From Iphione sp. A-MEVVRFRX5 (lineage: Eukaryota), in assembly GCA_976226885.1 (NCBI GenBank), contig OZ320322.1, positions 42,532,001 to 42,596,000 of the forward strand: a stretch of DNA of 64,000 bases, written 5' to 3'. A program made the position numbers and the translations under genes. The notes below the pieces were generated by a model, which made no database searches, was not told the origin of the DNA, and worked only from the letters and a program-made list of their open reading frames with translations. Below, piece by piece: positions 48,621 through 62,674 of this stretch; within the stretch, counting starts at the first letter, position 1; the number at the start of each line of letters is the position of its first letter.

Positions 48621-50199
48621 GTTGGATTATTTCCAAATAGAGTGACAACATGCGTTAGATTACAATAGGATGGCTCTGAAGTCAACAAATCAAAGGGGGA
48701 ATTTTACAATGCGGGTGGTAGGTATTCATTGAAAGGATACTGACTTTAAACATTTCTGAAGTGAGGAACATTGATTCTTAGAATTTGGGTGTTTAGATTT
48801 TAGATTTTGAGTTTGGAATAGCGGTAATGTTACACATATTTGTACTTCTGGTCCATGGATTTTTAGATTGGTTATGTCATTGGACATACCAAAATCAAAT
48901 GGAGGACAAAACTTGCAGAGAATACATTGAATCTTTAATTTATTCTAAAACTTTAAAAAGAAGCGAAGATAAATATCTTAACAGAAATGTTGAGCTTTGA
49001 AGAAATAAAAAGAAGGTCATCTTACTGTCCCTCAATACCTACGTTTTTAATTGTTTAGAGAACTCCTGCCCTGTTATCATATTCTAGTCTTTGCATGGTC
49101 TGCGGTTCATGTAACCAGTTTTTATGGGGACCTTTGCAGAATCTCATGTGGTCATTTGGTATTTGTACAGTATTCGGAAGTAAACTGCTTAGGTATAGTA
49201 AAAAGTGGGTTTGAAATGAGAGTCATAATTTGACTCGACTGTTGCAAAGAATTCAAATAAAGTAGGGCGGTAGAGAATAGTCAATCCAAAAAGAAGAGAA
49301 AACGGTCAAAAGGAAGGAGCAAATCTTACAATGCTCAGGAATCAGGATTATGCATTTTGAGTTTTAAACCTAACTTCACATTTTGTGAAAATAAGAGACT
49401 TAGCTAAAAAGAGAAGCCACCGACAGTCTGTGCCAGACAGAAACATGGCGAAGCAGTGCAATACCAGATAGAGTGGTAAAGATGGATGATTGCTGCCTGA
49501 CATGTCAGGACAGAATTTCATATAAGAAAGCAAGGGATGGAGGGCTGATGACATGAGTTGAAAAGACATTCGTAAGACCACCTTAAAATTTACATTCCCA
49601 CGAGCGGACTTGAGCATGACATATAAATCCTACTTACATTCGTAATACGAGGAAAATTGTGCTTGACATTGTTCTTCCAATGAAGGCGCTCTTATGGCTT
49701 CCCAATCTCACTGCACTTTTCTTCTTTAATTGCTCCCTCACATTCAATATCCCCTCAGTATGATCGGCTATATTTCTTTTTATAAGTCAGGAGCTAGTCG
49801 CGCTGGACCCTTCTCAACATTTAAAGAGGAATTGACATGGTTGTTCTGCCTCGTTTCCCAGCTATTCCCACTGATACGAGGTACTGTAGTTTGAAATTTA
49901 CTTCCGTTCTAATGAGACATCATTTACTTAGCGTGATCTACACCAGTAGGCCGCAAGAGAGCGAAGAGTTCCTGTCCACGTATATGCATAGTCACAGTTC
50001 TATTCACGTGAGAATCCATTAAATGCAGGGCCTCTCCTAGGGCCCCTTGCCCTCCCCTTTGATAAAGACGTCGTTATAACTGAGACCAGTCTCAGCAGCC
50101 TATCCAGCCACATCCTTGGAGCTGTAATATTTTTCGTTTTAAAGTCAAGAACATGGTTTCCCTCTAGCTTTTCAAATACCGTCCGATGGCTCAGGGTAT

Positions 50200-50600
50200 T
50201 TACTCTGTTGCCAATTCAAGTCTGCAGTGATGCACACGTAGCGAGGACAGTATGCCTGCCATGTTGGCCTTCGCCGCACTTGCTACAGCATGATGGCTCT
50301 CGTTCCCCTCTTCGCCGCGCGGTGGAGTCACGATCGCGATCAGCGCCGCCGCCACCACCGTCACCGCTCGGTGGAGCTTTCGCGGAGCGCACACATTTTG
50401 TAAGCGGTAATTGGAATATTGGCAAATATATGTCATTGTGGGAGGTAGATGGCGCAATCGCCTCAGCCAACAGTCAATCGGCCTCCTCCAAGAGAAGTGA
50501 AAGCCAGCCGTCCCTCAGCATGTATCACGCCCCTCTACCGTGCGCGTCGCCAGATACGCACACAGAGCGGTGTTCCCTGGCCTCTCCCAGGTCGAGATGA
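50200..50600. promoter_or_regulatory. GC/CpG-rich island; possible promoter or first exon (minus strand)
   Basis: Abrupt CpG-rich stretch in an AT-rich background. The minus strand has gccaacATGG (Kozak-like) opening MAGILSSLRVHHCRLELAT, followed by a possible donor GA|GTAAAT near 50203. The product is not recognised. Confidence 0.3.
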
Positions 50601-51879
50601 CAGCTAGATCTAATATACATGTACATGTACAGGAATTGTGCTTCAACGATTCATCGGTATAATCCATTGCACCGTGTATCAGCAATCATATCACCGTATA
50701 CAGTGGGACGCATATATGCTTGTGACCACGTCTGGGAACCAGCCATGCCCAAAATGTGACCTGCTCAAAGAACAAAATGTAGACCTGTGTGTACTGAGGT
50801 GACTCCGATGTGGCTGATGATTTAACCATATAGATTATTCCCCTGTGACAAGTGTTACTGCTCGTAATACTACAATGACCATTTCTGAGGCCGTCATCCG
50901 CGAAAATCAACAACGGAAGGTTTGCTAGAAGGCAGAAGTTGTCAAAAACACTGTAGAGTTATGGTTATGTGTGTCACACTGGGGACAGTAGTCTTAAACT
51001 TAGCCTACACTCCCGACTTTTCCAGCCAGTATTGTTCTATCGCTAGAGACTGTTCATCATGTAGACGTGAAGCAGCTATGAATACGGCTGTCCATCCCTA
51101 ACACGAGTGTGTATCAGATATAACATTCATTGTTCCCACCTTGCAATCAGCCATCTCCGCCAAGAATTGATTACATGTGCTACGTACTGATAAACTCCAC
51201 CCTACATTTGCTATGTCAAGTAGCCTCACCATCAGTATTACGAATTAGCTATTTCATGCATTTACCATTTAAACCATGAGTTGGACACCGTCACTATGAA
51301 TGAATCATCTCACTTTGTATTGACATCACATCCGCTATGTATTAACAATTTTTCCATGAATTGGTCACTTCCCACTATGCATTTATCATATCCACAATGA
51401 ATTGGCTACCTCCATTATCTAACCAACGGTTTCCAACTTTTGTCTGTTGTCGACTCTCTCCCGGGGAGTGGTTAATGGTCGTCGCGCCTCATTCCTTTTT
51501 TCACGAGCTGATCTACTTCTGGTCACACAAACCTATTCATTTTTTTAGTTCCTATCTTTGCGGATTTGGAGCCAACTGACTCTAGGTTGTTGTAGAGTAA
51601 ACCCCTTTCTTTCGTATCCTCCAGTCTTCCTCAATCCATATGTTTCTTGGTGATTTTCTTTTGTCTCTCTCCGTCACTGTTTTTTCTATGATGCCCATTT
51701 TTTTCTTCCATGTATTTGCCAGTTCTCCGTTTTTTTGTCGGTTATTTTAACTGTCTTTCAATTGCAGGCTTTGCTGGTTCACTTCGTTTTTGTCACACCA
51801 ATCATTACCTTCCTAATTACATTCTCGTCTGTTCTATGCAAAGAATTGCAGTTCTGCTCGAGTCAGGCCTTTTCCTTCC

Positions 51880-52100
51880 TCTGGACCGGGGCCGGGGAGG
51901 TTGGCGGCGGGGGCGGGGGGGAGTCGAAGCGGAAACGCACAGTCCGGCCGTGTGATAACGCTGCCTGTAAAAGTCACAAATATTAACCAGTCAGCTTAAG
52001 CGTTGGTCTTAGTGCCGAAGACTGCGAGCACACGTAAACTATGCAGACAACAGGCAGGCAGGCGCGTACTGTGGCCTGGGGCAGGCCCGCCACATGGCTG
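51880..52100. promoter_or_regulatory. GC-box-rich segment
   Basis: Local G-runs and GC-box-like words (ggcggcgggggcggggg, ccggggccgggg) with high CpG density. Confidence 0.3.
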
Positions 52101-54147
52101 ACTGTCATCAGGTATTGGAAAGGCGCTGTCTGGAAAAACACTTTCCCCGAGGGGTAAGCCTCTTATTTGGCTCGCTGGATTTGGTGGAGGAATATTTCGA
52201 CAAGAGTTGTAGAGCAACTGCTGGAGTTTATCCGTGAGCGAATGGACCGGGGTTTAGTGGGGTATAACAACTTGAGGCAGACAGTCAATACCGTCTGGTA
52301 CTCATGTCTGGTTGGGCACTGTCTGCATAAGTAGACCACATTTACATGACGACGCACTCCCGAAATGCCCGCTCTTCTACGTGCCAGGTGACAATCAAAC
52401 TTTTTTCTTTAATCTGGTGAGTTGTTCCTAAAAACACATGATCTTCCCGTGTTGATTGGCATGAAATGGGAATACATACACTTCTATTACAAGCTATAAC
52501 ACTCCGTTCTGAAAAAAAACGAAAGACATATCTACTCATTGATAGGTAACAATATGAGTAGTACATTTGCTGGAAAGTCATGATCTGTGTTAGAATTACC
52601 CTAGTAGATTAGCTTTGCCTTGCTCGTGACATGACACTTCCTCGTGTAAGAAGTGACCTGTTTAGTTGGACCAAAATTGTACAAGCCGGGAAATGCTTGC
52701 CCTGAACAAGGTCTCTCTTGCAAACTCTGATTCAGTGCCAAGTTTGCAAAGTTTTAGATCAACAATGTCCTGCCAAAGGTAGATGTGGTAGATGTACAGG
52801 GTGTGTGCGGTCCTGAACAGCAAGCAGAAGTAATCTCCCTCCTCCATTCTCCCTCCATCTTCACCATGACAAGCTCCTTGGAGTTCCCAGCTGCTTCTTT
52901 TCCTGCCGTACCTCTGCAGTGTATGCTGTTCTATCAACTGGCTGTGTAGTATTCTGGCAAGTGGATCGGGAGCAGCTGAAGGTCATATAATAGTGCCAAC
53001 GTTTGCGGTCATCCCTCACTACAAATCAGTCTGGCGAAGTGTGCACCTTTTAGAGGGACCGATTTGGGTTTCTCTGCAAAAGGGCGGAGTGGTCAGACAG
53101 TTTCAGATCTATAGTGGCTGGGGTGTCTGTCCAAGGTCCGAGAGGTCACAGTTCAGATTCCTGATTTGAGTTCATGCCATACACGAACATTTATTGTCGA
53201 TCTAGAGCTTGCAGGAATATATGCCCTTTTAATCATGTGAATAGCCTTTGCAACAATGAAAGTCCTTATCCTGCGTTCAAAGTCAATGACCATATGTCAT
53301 GTACAGACTAACTTTATGCTTGGTATCTTGAGTTTAGTTAAACAACTTGAGCATACATATTTCTAAAAAATACATTTGAAACCCGCATAGAAGACTAAGC
53401 TTGGAACTGGCAAGTACCTCGTTGGCTAAACATCCCGATGCCAAGGCCTACTGGTCATAAAGTTCCTTTACTCAAATGAAATGTCCATGAACAGAATTAT
53501 CTGTCATCCTGTTCCGGGAGTCACCTGGACTTAATGAATTTATTTCAACATAGCAAGCATAATAATAAAAATGATTTCGAGATCTAGTCTTTGTGGTACA
53601 TATCTTTCTTTTCGTTAAGATATAAATAAGAAATGCATCTTACTTTACTGCAGTGCAAGACAAGTGCATGGTTCCTGAATTGATTTCTTATCTAGCTAAT
53701 AAGATTAAACTACAAATCATATGTAATTTGATGTCAACATGGCAATTTAATCTGCGGTCGCTTGTCTTGAAATTTCGTTTCAACCCAGGTACGAATTTAG
53801 GTAAGTTTGTGAAAGTTACCTCTTATATGTACTGTGGTTGTTCAGCTATTCAGGCATTGTTTAGGCATGCGATTAAAACTAATCGGTTTGCAAAATGCTA
53901 TTTTTTTCAATTTTCAAGATTATTTATACCGGCAAAGTCGTACATGATCGAATATTATGTCGAGGATGAATGAATATAATGATTATGATTAAATCTATGT
54001 GCCAGTAGAATAAAATAAACAAACATAAAGTGTTTAGACTGTACAGACCCTATTATTTAGTTATTCTTTTAAAACTATTGTCTCATTATTACATTCTGTA
54101 TATGAGTAGTGTCCTACTTATGTAACACACGTTTTCTAATATTAAGG

Positions 54148-54515
54148 GCTGACAGCTCATTCATACACTATTACTAACCAACAGTCAATTATATCATAAT
54201 TCTCATAATAAGTACAATGCTGACAGCCTTTTTGGAGAATTAAGTTGATCGGTAGTATCTGTTTAGCAGGATAAAAAGTGATATAGAGTGAGACTATACA
54301 CATTGCTGACAGCCAGCAAGTATAACCATATAAAAAACCGTTGCTCTAACCATGTAATGCTGACAGCATTCCAATCAATGAACTATAAATACTATAATAA
54401 CTGTAATGTATGTATGTGTAATTGACTGAAATCCTCTCTAGCCAATATTATTACCCAGATATTTGATTATAAACATTGGAAATATTACTTAATTATCATG
54501 CAGGTTGACAACCTG
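54148..54515. repeat. Cluster of five odd-length palindromes centred on TGACA
   Basis: GCTGACAGC at 54148, 54219, 54305 and 54359 (the last within a perfect AATGCTG-A-CAGCATT). CAGGTTG-A-CAACCTG is at 54501-54515. Confidence 0.7.
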
Positions 54516-55500
54516 TATTAATGTTGCAAGACTTAGTAGGGTGATCATTATACTTAATTCTGATTTCAGAAAAGCGAGCATTTCTTTCTCACACTGTGGA
54601 GGTGAACAAGATAGGGTTTCTCCTCAAATTCTCAGTGAAGGGGATCTAACCCATGCTAAAGATTGCTCATAGCATAAAACGGTGACTGCATTTTTTCAAA
54701 TCAACTACCCCTTCCACCTGCTCCATACAAGCTAAATAAATAAACCATTAGGAATCAGCCAAGTGGGGCATAGGACCTATAAAAAATGGAAGGCACCATC
54801 TGCATGCCAGTGGTTGTGAGAATAAATTTGATATTTTGACAAATTGTCCTTTAGGCTAAATTTCTATGCACACATGTGGACATGGACCGTTCTTACATTT
54901 TTTCAATGTTTTTGGAACAATGATTACAGGAGGAGTGTGTCTATGTATATGTGTAGGCATGTAACGTGTCCAGAGGCTCTATGTTTGAAGAATGGAACAT
55001 GTGCCATTTGACCATGAGAGTGAGGTGTGTTTGGCATGTGTTTTTTAGATACTCATTATTACAGGTGTGTAAATGTGAAAACAGTAAATACACATGCCAC
55101 ACCATGTATACAGCAATTATCTAATCAACAAAAACACTCCAATATATGTTCTCAAATGCATGCCCACACTTACACGTGTACATGGACATCCAGCCTCAGG
55201 ACAGCTTCATGCATGTTCAAGTACACAGTGCAAAGCCCAATGACATCAAATACTGTAAAAAACACGAAGTTCCTAGGCAAGCCGGAATCTGTCGAGCATC
55301 CACTGGAGATGTCATTAAGGATTATATTAAAGTGACGGCAGGCCTGGTGGGACTAAGTAGGGGAGAGGGGAGGTGGGATACAGTCAGGCAGTTCATATGA
55401 GGTTGCTTGTAGGTCTTGGAATGAGGTAGAATGACAGTATTCTGAGAAGATTAGTGGCTTGATAAGGCAATGCCGTATCAAGCATGAACTTTGGGAAAGG

Positions 55501-55965
55501 TCATCTCAATATAGGTGTTTTCTTGAATGTTGATGACGGAAAGCTCCAACCGAGGTAGATTACAGACAGGGGATGCATACATGGAGCTACGAACAGCGTC
55601 AGGCAAATCGATGGATCGGACGAGATGGAGATAATAGCATCATCACCTGCCACTCCACTCACTATGCTCCTTAACGTATATTTAGTCAAACCCGCCATTC
55701 ATCCTGCAGCCTGAGCATACATGGAGCCCCTGAGCCATAAATCATAGACCAAGGCCCGGGACTGGGGCGCACACGTCTGGCTTTTCAGTACCACGCTAGG
55801 AAACGTTCCCAATAGACTATATAACATCGCTTCGTCCGCTGTGGCCAACAATCTTGTTGACATCCACAACCGTGTACCTAATACATACCCCATGAAGTAC
55901 TTCGCTCGCTATACAGCTGCCACAGCGTGAAATGATTCCTCTGCAGAAGGGTGTGCGGGAAGTTG
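55501..55965 (-). pseudogene. Decayed coding-like frame of unknown family
   Basis: ORFs 55699-55893 and 55501-55698 are contiguous in one frame, separated by a single TGA. The frame extends upstream past one TAG (EESFHAVAAV*RAKYF). Family not recognised. Confidence 0.25.
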
Positions 55966-57099
55966 CTGCTAGAAAGTGCTGTGGTAAAATGGGACTGCGG
56001 AAGGGCAGGTACTATATGTGAAGTATGTCAATGAGAACTGTATCCCACTGCCTCACATCATCTGCATTCAGAGTCGGATAGATACTACAGCGAGAGACAA
56101 AGCAGAGATGATAAATAAGTGTCACATGAGTGATGTCGAGCAATAATCGGGGCTAGTGAGATAGAAAAGCTTGGTGTAAATAAAGGTTCCTCAAGCCTTG
56201 TCTAAGTGTATCCCCGGTCTTGAATGTCCCGAGTCATGAGGCTCTACTTTATGAACGAACGATCCATCCATAAAGAACAATGCTGAAGTCTAGAAACGGC
56301 TCTTGAAATGCTATCAGTCACAAAATGTATCAGAGCACCCCACCTCTTTTAGCCAAAACAAAAGGCCTCGTCACTAATGGCCCTCTTAACTGGATCCTAC
56401 AAGATTTAAAACTTATTGGTAAAGTTCACCAAGAATTACTTGAACGGCTCGCAGTTCTAAAATATTGAAACACGCCTTGTGTCAGAGCTGTAAAGGAAAT
56501 CTACGTAGTTTATATAGAGATTTCCAAAAGTAATCTGTATATAGAGGCAACGGAGCCGTGGGAGTGGCCTCTTCATGGGAAACAGACCCATGCAATGAAC
56601 CTTTCAATATTTCAGAAAATTCCGTTTGTTTATATCCTTTTCATGTGTCGTACGATGTGCAGTGCCTCATGAATCTTACATGACCTGAACCCTTATGCAT
56701 ATATAAATCAATTGTAAATGACAAGTCACTTGTAAAAGATGCATGGCTATTGTCGCCCTGTGCATCACCAGCTTGCTCCTGGGACGCGTCCTCGATCTTA
56801 TAACACACGGTTTAAGTACCTAGTCGGCAAGATAGGGACATTTGGTACATTCCCCGGGAGTACAAGGCAAGAAATTCTCGGAATCTTTATATGGGGTCAA
56901 AGCCTGAAGGTCCATGTCGAGTGCTTCGTGGAAAAATTGTGCAGTACCAGGTGTATGTGGCCTTCCCTGCTTTTTTCAATGGCGGAGAAATGTTGAAGTA
57001 CCAGGTGCAAATAGACTCCCGTGGTTTGTTTCTTGTTCAGTGGTGGAGCGTGTATTCTGAATACACGTTATCTACACAGACACTGGGTGGTTAACATGG

Positions 57100-57280
57100 G
57101 AGTAGCGGTGACAGGTGAGATGGAGACTGACCTTCTGGAGGCTCCCCCTCGCCCCGGCCCCCGCGCCCTCTCCCCTGGTATCGCAGCGTAAGGCAGCGTT
57201 AAGTTCATTCCTGCAGTGCCCCGGTCCATTACGGTAAACATGACAGTCATTACCATCGCATGTTCGAAGAGCGCACCCCT
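57100..57280 (-). promoter_or_regulatory. GC-rich segment; possible first exon on the minus strand
   Basis: CpG-rich run (cgccccggcccccgcgccc), TTTAAA just upstream near 57281, and a donor-like AAG|GTCAGT near 57131. No product recognised. Confidence 0.2.
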
Positions 57281-60200
57281 TTAAATGTGCATGTACATAT
57301 CACTTAAGGAATATGGAAGAATTAATTACCTGACTTTGATGGCATTAGGTTTGATGGCATTGCGGTCTCCTTCCCTTTATCGAAATTTTCTCTAGATGCC
57401 TTTGATCCTTATACTTACCGATGGGCTGCTACACACGGATGTCACTTATCGGGGACGCTAGTGCTTCTGTTACATTCTATTACATACCGTATGTGCTTAC
57501 ATTTTACTGTCAAACACGTCTCCAGTTTCCTGCACCAGAGCTCCGCTGTGTAATCAACAGTCATGGCCAATTTCCAAAGCATTACAGCGTGAAAGGCTTG
57601 CCTCAGAGTAATGTAAAAGCGGATGTATACTACCTCATAACCTTTCATCACAGGACATGTGTTTAAGGATGAACGTTTCCCACATGGAATTGTGTAGCAT
57701 TCATTCTTGACAAAATAGGTCTATAGGGACTTTCAAAGCCGTATTTCCACGTCAGTGTAAGAAAGATATGAAAGACAGATGGTGCTGTATGTGCCATTTC
57801 TGGAACATCAACCAGAGCAAAATAGCCATTCTACTGATATGGACTGACCTCATTTTTCTAGTTTTATAACCGACTTCAGATTGGAATCGAAGTGTTAAAA
57901 ATGTCTTTATATCATCGTAATTGAAATTAAAAGAATCCATGGAAGCAATCATCTTAAGGCCCGATGAGGACACGGTGGTGCTAGGGAGTTTTGATTTCGT
58001 CTTTAATTTCTTTCCAGCGCTAATAGAAATACTACTCTGTGAAATGATACAATTTGAATAGTCTAACCGCACCAACAGCTTTTGAATGTGAAGCTTAAAT
58101 CTATAGTTCTAAAGCTGGCAACAATTGGAGTTGCTGCCAGCATTTGAGGGTGACGAAAAGCAGGAGGATGTGACGAAAACCTTAGGAAAGGTCTCTCTTG
58201 GAGGTGTTAAATACGCAGTTTTTAATCATTGGAAATGGTTTCAATTGTAACAAGTGTACTACTGCATACATGGGAACGTTGTAACATGAAGCTCGGTTTT
58301 TTGCAACCATGGGACAGATTAACTGTGTTCTAATAAGCTGCTTTATGTTTTAGGTGCGTTTTCAGTGGTTGTGATCATAATGCAACGCTGATTGTTAACT
58401 AATCTGTTTGGATAGACGTCTTGCCGTCTAATTGAGCAGGATGCTACCTAACTGGTACGGAAACAATACATTCTGAACGCGAAATAAATGAAATAACTGA
58501 CAATCTGGCAGTTCTTGCCGCCGAAGCTTGATGGGGGGATACCCCGGGGAATTGTGTTTCTTTATCTTCGTCGATGCCACAGCTGGAAGACCGTGGTTTC
58601 TGTTTTGCAGGGGTCACATCAGGAGGAAGTCTCAGTCCTATCTCTTATCGCTAAACCCACGATCATGACGCCAGTGTTATCCAAGTTAATGCCTAGACGG
58701 CAGGCCGCTCATCTCGTCATGGGGTAAGACTTTATGGGGGGGGGGGGGGGGTGACCACTCACAGGTTGTCCTAATATTGCAAGGGAATATTCGGTTGCCC
58801 TGCGGCGTGGCGCAATATGAACGCCCTGATCAGCGGGGAGGGTGATTGTCAATTCAGGCTAACTGACCCGTGTCAACATGTCGGATAGCTGTCAGAATGA
58901 CAAATTTGGTTGTACTGATGACTTCGTGCTAGTGCAAGCTATAATATTCCTCATTGTTCGGTGTCCCTGCAGTGATACTACAGAAATTCTGCACGAGCAG
59001 AATAAGGCAGTACCTTAAGAAACACAGCACGAAAACTACAGCATCGACTGTTGAATATGGGAGACGACACATACATACATGCATTAGTATCTTAAGTCAC
59101 ATATTAGAGTATTTAATCATTCTTCATCACTAACGATACACCAAAGCGCAAATACCTAAAGAAATGGGCACGCAAAATATGCACATTTTATGACAAAGGC
59201 AACGCAGAAAATCGTTATGACAAGTTACGTGATTCCAAAGGATTGCACGAATGGTTTCAGCGCAAGGCTATCATCTGCTTAAACTGTCAACTTGTCAAAT
59301 GTGCTCAACTCCAATGGAGGAAGACTAGATATGGCGCGAGAGAAGGTAAACAAGTTCCCTGAAAACGCAATTGTTTTATTGATACTTTAGAACGTAAAAG
59401 CATGTTGATTCATGAGGACTGCGGCATTATACAGACCAGAGACATAAATTCCAAAACCATTAAGAAATCGGTCTATCGTATATGAGTCTTGTGTTGTACT
59501 CTTCCCAAACTTTGATTAATGTGGAGCCACGTACATTCATCTATGCCAGCTCTCTATGTAATAATTGTATGTAGAATGTTCTTGATCAGTGTACTATGTG
59601 TCATGGTGCCTTTTTTTGAGAATTGACATTGACTATCACAACAGTTCGATCTAATCGGTCAAACGTATCCTAGTGCTGTGACCACGATGTCAGAATACAG
59701 AATCACAACGTTCGTCAAATGTTACGCCACAACGTTGTTTCAATGATATTGCTGCAGCTTGAGCAGAATGTTCTTTCATACCTTATATCACAACAGATCC
59801 TTTTATTATACAAAGTCGCGCATTGTTCAAGTACAATGCTGTCTCTGTATCTTATGCGGCCATATTGCCACGGTGCCTTTTCCGACCGAGCTGCAGTGTT
59901 CCCACAACACTGTAAAAACGATGAATGCCAGCACTTGGAGGCCAGCCTGTATTGAGGGTGGGTGGGGTGGGGGGTGGAATGCTGCTGTTCAGGCTGAGGT
60001 GGAACCTGAATATAAGCGTTGAGGCTTATATACACAGGGGGGAAAAGTGTGACATTGAATAATACAGACGCCGCAGTGCTGGCAAACAACAGATCCCTGG
60101 CTGAGATGAATGAAAGCATGAGGTTCATAAAGAAAAGAGTAGAATGGCTATTACTGCAAGCGACAACCTACTGCTGGTAAACAGTAGATCCCAGTGTACG

Positions 60201-61257
60201 GCTCACGAGGGATGGGATTACCAGCTGTACCCTTAAGCATGGCAATAACCTCCCAGTGGCGACAGCAGATGCCAGGCTGAAGGATGGCCTGAGGTTCAGG
60301 TGGAGCCTACGCCGGGAAAACAATTCCCGTATAAAGATGAAACAAGCATGTCATGCCTTAAATATGGACACGGCTTGCCTTTAGGACAATGCCGTCATAG
60401 CAATGGTAGGACGATTTATCGGACACTATTGAGAATGTTCTTACAGTTGATTCTAGGACGTGAGATTGTAAGACTGTACGATTTTTAACGAATATGCGTT
60501 CCCTGTAATCAGTCTGTCGGAAGAAACGTTGCTTTATAAGAGTCATACTTTTCCAATATCAATTTTCATGGTTTGGGTTTGAAAGTTAATTTGTTGAAAA
60601 AAGTAGCTTTTTTCTCATAGGATATCGTCAAGGGATTATTTCGGTACATAACGATTGCCCTCTGATTAACCTTGATCAGTGCCATGCTGTAACATCTAGG
60701 TCATCTCCCTCCAGTAGGCTGGATTACCACAGGCAGGCTGATTCCAAGATGTTCAAAATCTGGATGAATCAAAGTAATAGGTGTTGGAACCTACTTTGTG
60801 ACTGATACAATCGACTCTCCACTGGGAAGCTTGGGTGGTATTCATCGGTTGCTTGTCTCTTTGTGGGTCTTTATTTTCAGGTTTAAATACAATTAGTACA
60901 CTAATACTGCATTTTCCTCTTCATTCACCGTAATCATGTTATTTACGTTTGCTGGTGCCTTGCCCTGCAGAGTACGTAGATCCAGGCGGCATTTTGCCGC
61001 TCAGCGAAGGGCCAATTACGACCTTTAAGCTATCAATAAGTCACTGGAGACCCACCAGTGTAACGAGTAGTTGTCCCTTCTACTAGCTGTCTATAGTGCT
61101 GCTTTTGTCGTTTTTAACGTTGTCGCATCTGCCCAATAGCATGAATACATTAAGGAAAATGAAAATTACACACAAATTCGGGTATTTTGTCCCTCAGAAT
61201 TTGTCATTTTACGCTCCTATGTAAAAAAAAAACATCGGTGTGTAGATGCTTACTTAC

Positions 61258-61308
61258 CTTTTGCCAGTCTCTAGTTCTTCCAAAGCACACGAAACAGCAA
61301 ACCGTATT
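61258..61308 (-). CDS. Candidate 51-nt internal exon of an unidentified host gene
   Basis: Strong acceptor cttgttttacag| and donor AAG|gtaagtaa. Two frames are open (IRFAVSCALEELETGK or NTVCCFVCFGRTRDWQK). No homology recognised. Confidence 0.3.
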
Positions 61309-62674
61309 CTGTAAAACAAGTATAACCTCAGACTCAGTTTGAGATATTTTTGAAGACAGTGGCGTAACGCAGTGCATTATATTTGTAAGTTCTCACATTG
61401 AAAATGGAAATTCAATCTGTGTCATATCCGACTTGTAGTACATAACACGCCAATTCGGATACCGCACAAAACAGGAAACCTAGTTACATCTTCTCCTTTT
61501 GTTGAATGTAAGCTTTTTTTATCATTAAAGTCTTCACCAGTATTTTAAAGATTCCGTTATATGAGCATCATGTAACCATTGTACATAAAATGAACCCAAG
61601 TCCTTGATATGTATTTTTTTCTGGGAAGGGGACAGAGAACTGCCCATATAGGAGTATGGTCAACTTGGTGTATTGCCACGTAAACAAAACCTCAACATAG
61701 CCTGAGGAAGACTGTAGCTTCACTGACAGCGAGTTTCCATATGATCGAGTAATTGTTTTTGCTGGTATATGTGTTCATATAATGCAACCCTGAAAATGGA
61801 GCCATTATTTCAGTTCCAACTGATGTAAATGAGCGTCTCTTTAGATACTCCGCTCTCTAGATATCCTACTTTCTTTGCCTAACCAGAGACTGAAGAAACT
61901 CAAAGACCAACCAAAGATGATACTGGCCACAATTTTTGCTATGAAACTTTTTAAGAATAATGACACTTTATGCACAAATAACGGCAGTGTGATACAGATT
62001 CGCGGAAGCAGTTCATCAAAATTTTGAAAAGCTCAGCCAACTCATTATCTAAAGCTGTTCTGACAACACTTTATTTACCCAATAGTCAGAAAGACCTATA
62101 TTTGTTCACCAAAATAACATATTCAGAGCTTTCTTTTAAAGTTAACAGATGGATTACATCAAAATACAGAAATGGTGTTTTGGTGAAGCAAGTTATAAAA
62201 TCATGTAAAAGGAACTCTACTAAATGATAATGCACTCGTTCAAATAAGACAATTTAAACTGATCTAATGGTTGTTCTTATCCATAGTGCATATGTTTAGA
62301 GCCTTGATGTGATGAGGAAACATAACCCATATCAGACTTATCCGTTGTTATGATACACGTTCTTGATTTTGTGCAACTAAATATTCTGCAGTATGTTGGT
62401 TTAACTTGAAAACCCATACAACTGGAACATTAATATGATAATGACCCCGAAATATACAAACCACTCATCCACTCATCTTGACTTATGTACGCTCTATTCG
62501 TAATTATTTTAACACTTAGCTTGTAGCAGCGGTCATAAAATTACCAAAAAAAATCAAGCAAAATGATATCAACAGAATTATTTGATATTCCTACAACCAA
62601 TTTCATAGATATTATCCCTCAATATTATTTCTGTACTACATGCTCGTGGTTTTTGAAAACATGACAGCCTACTA

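Noticed and set aside
52300-53000. Semi-open minus-strand frame (KELVMVKMEGEWRREITSACC...)
   Set aside because: Frequent stops and no recognisable motif. Indistinguishable from chance by eye.
53084-53160. tRNA-like A/B boxes (GGCGGAGTGG...AGTTCAGATTCC)
   Set aside because: The B-box is degenerate and no arms pair. At most an old SINE remnant.
60040-60430. Semi-open plus frame with a 21-bp imperfect direct repeat (tgctgg(c/t)aaaca..agatccc)
   Set aside because: Two short copies only and no family recognised.
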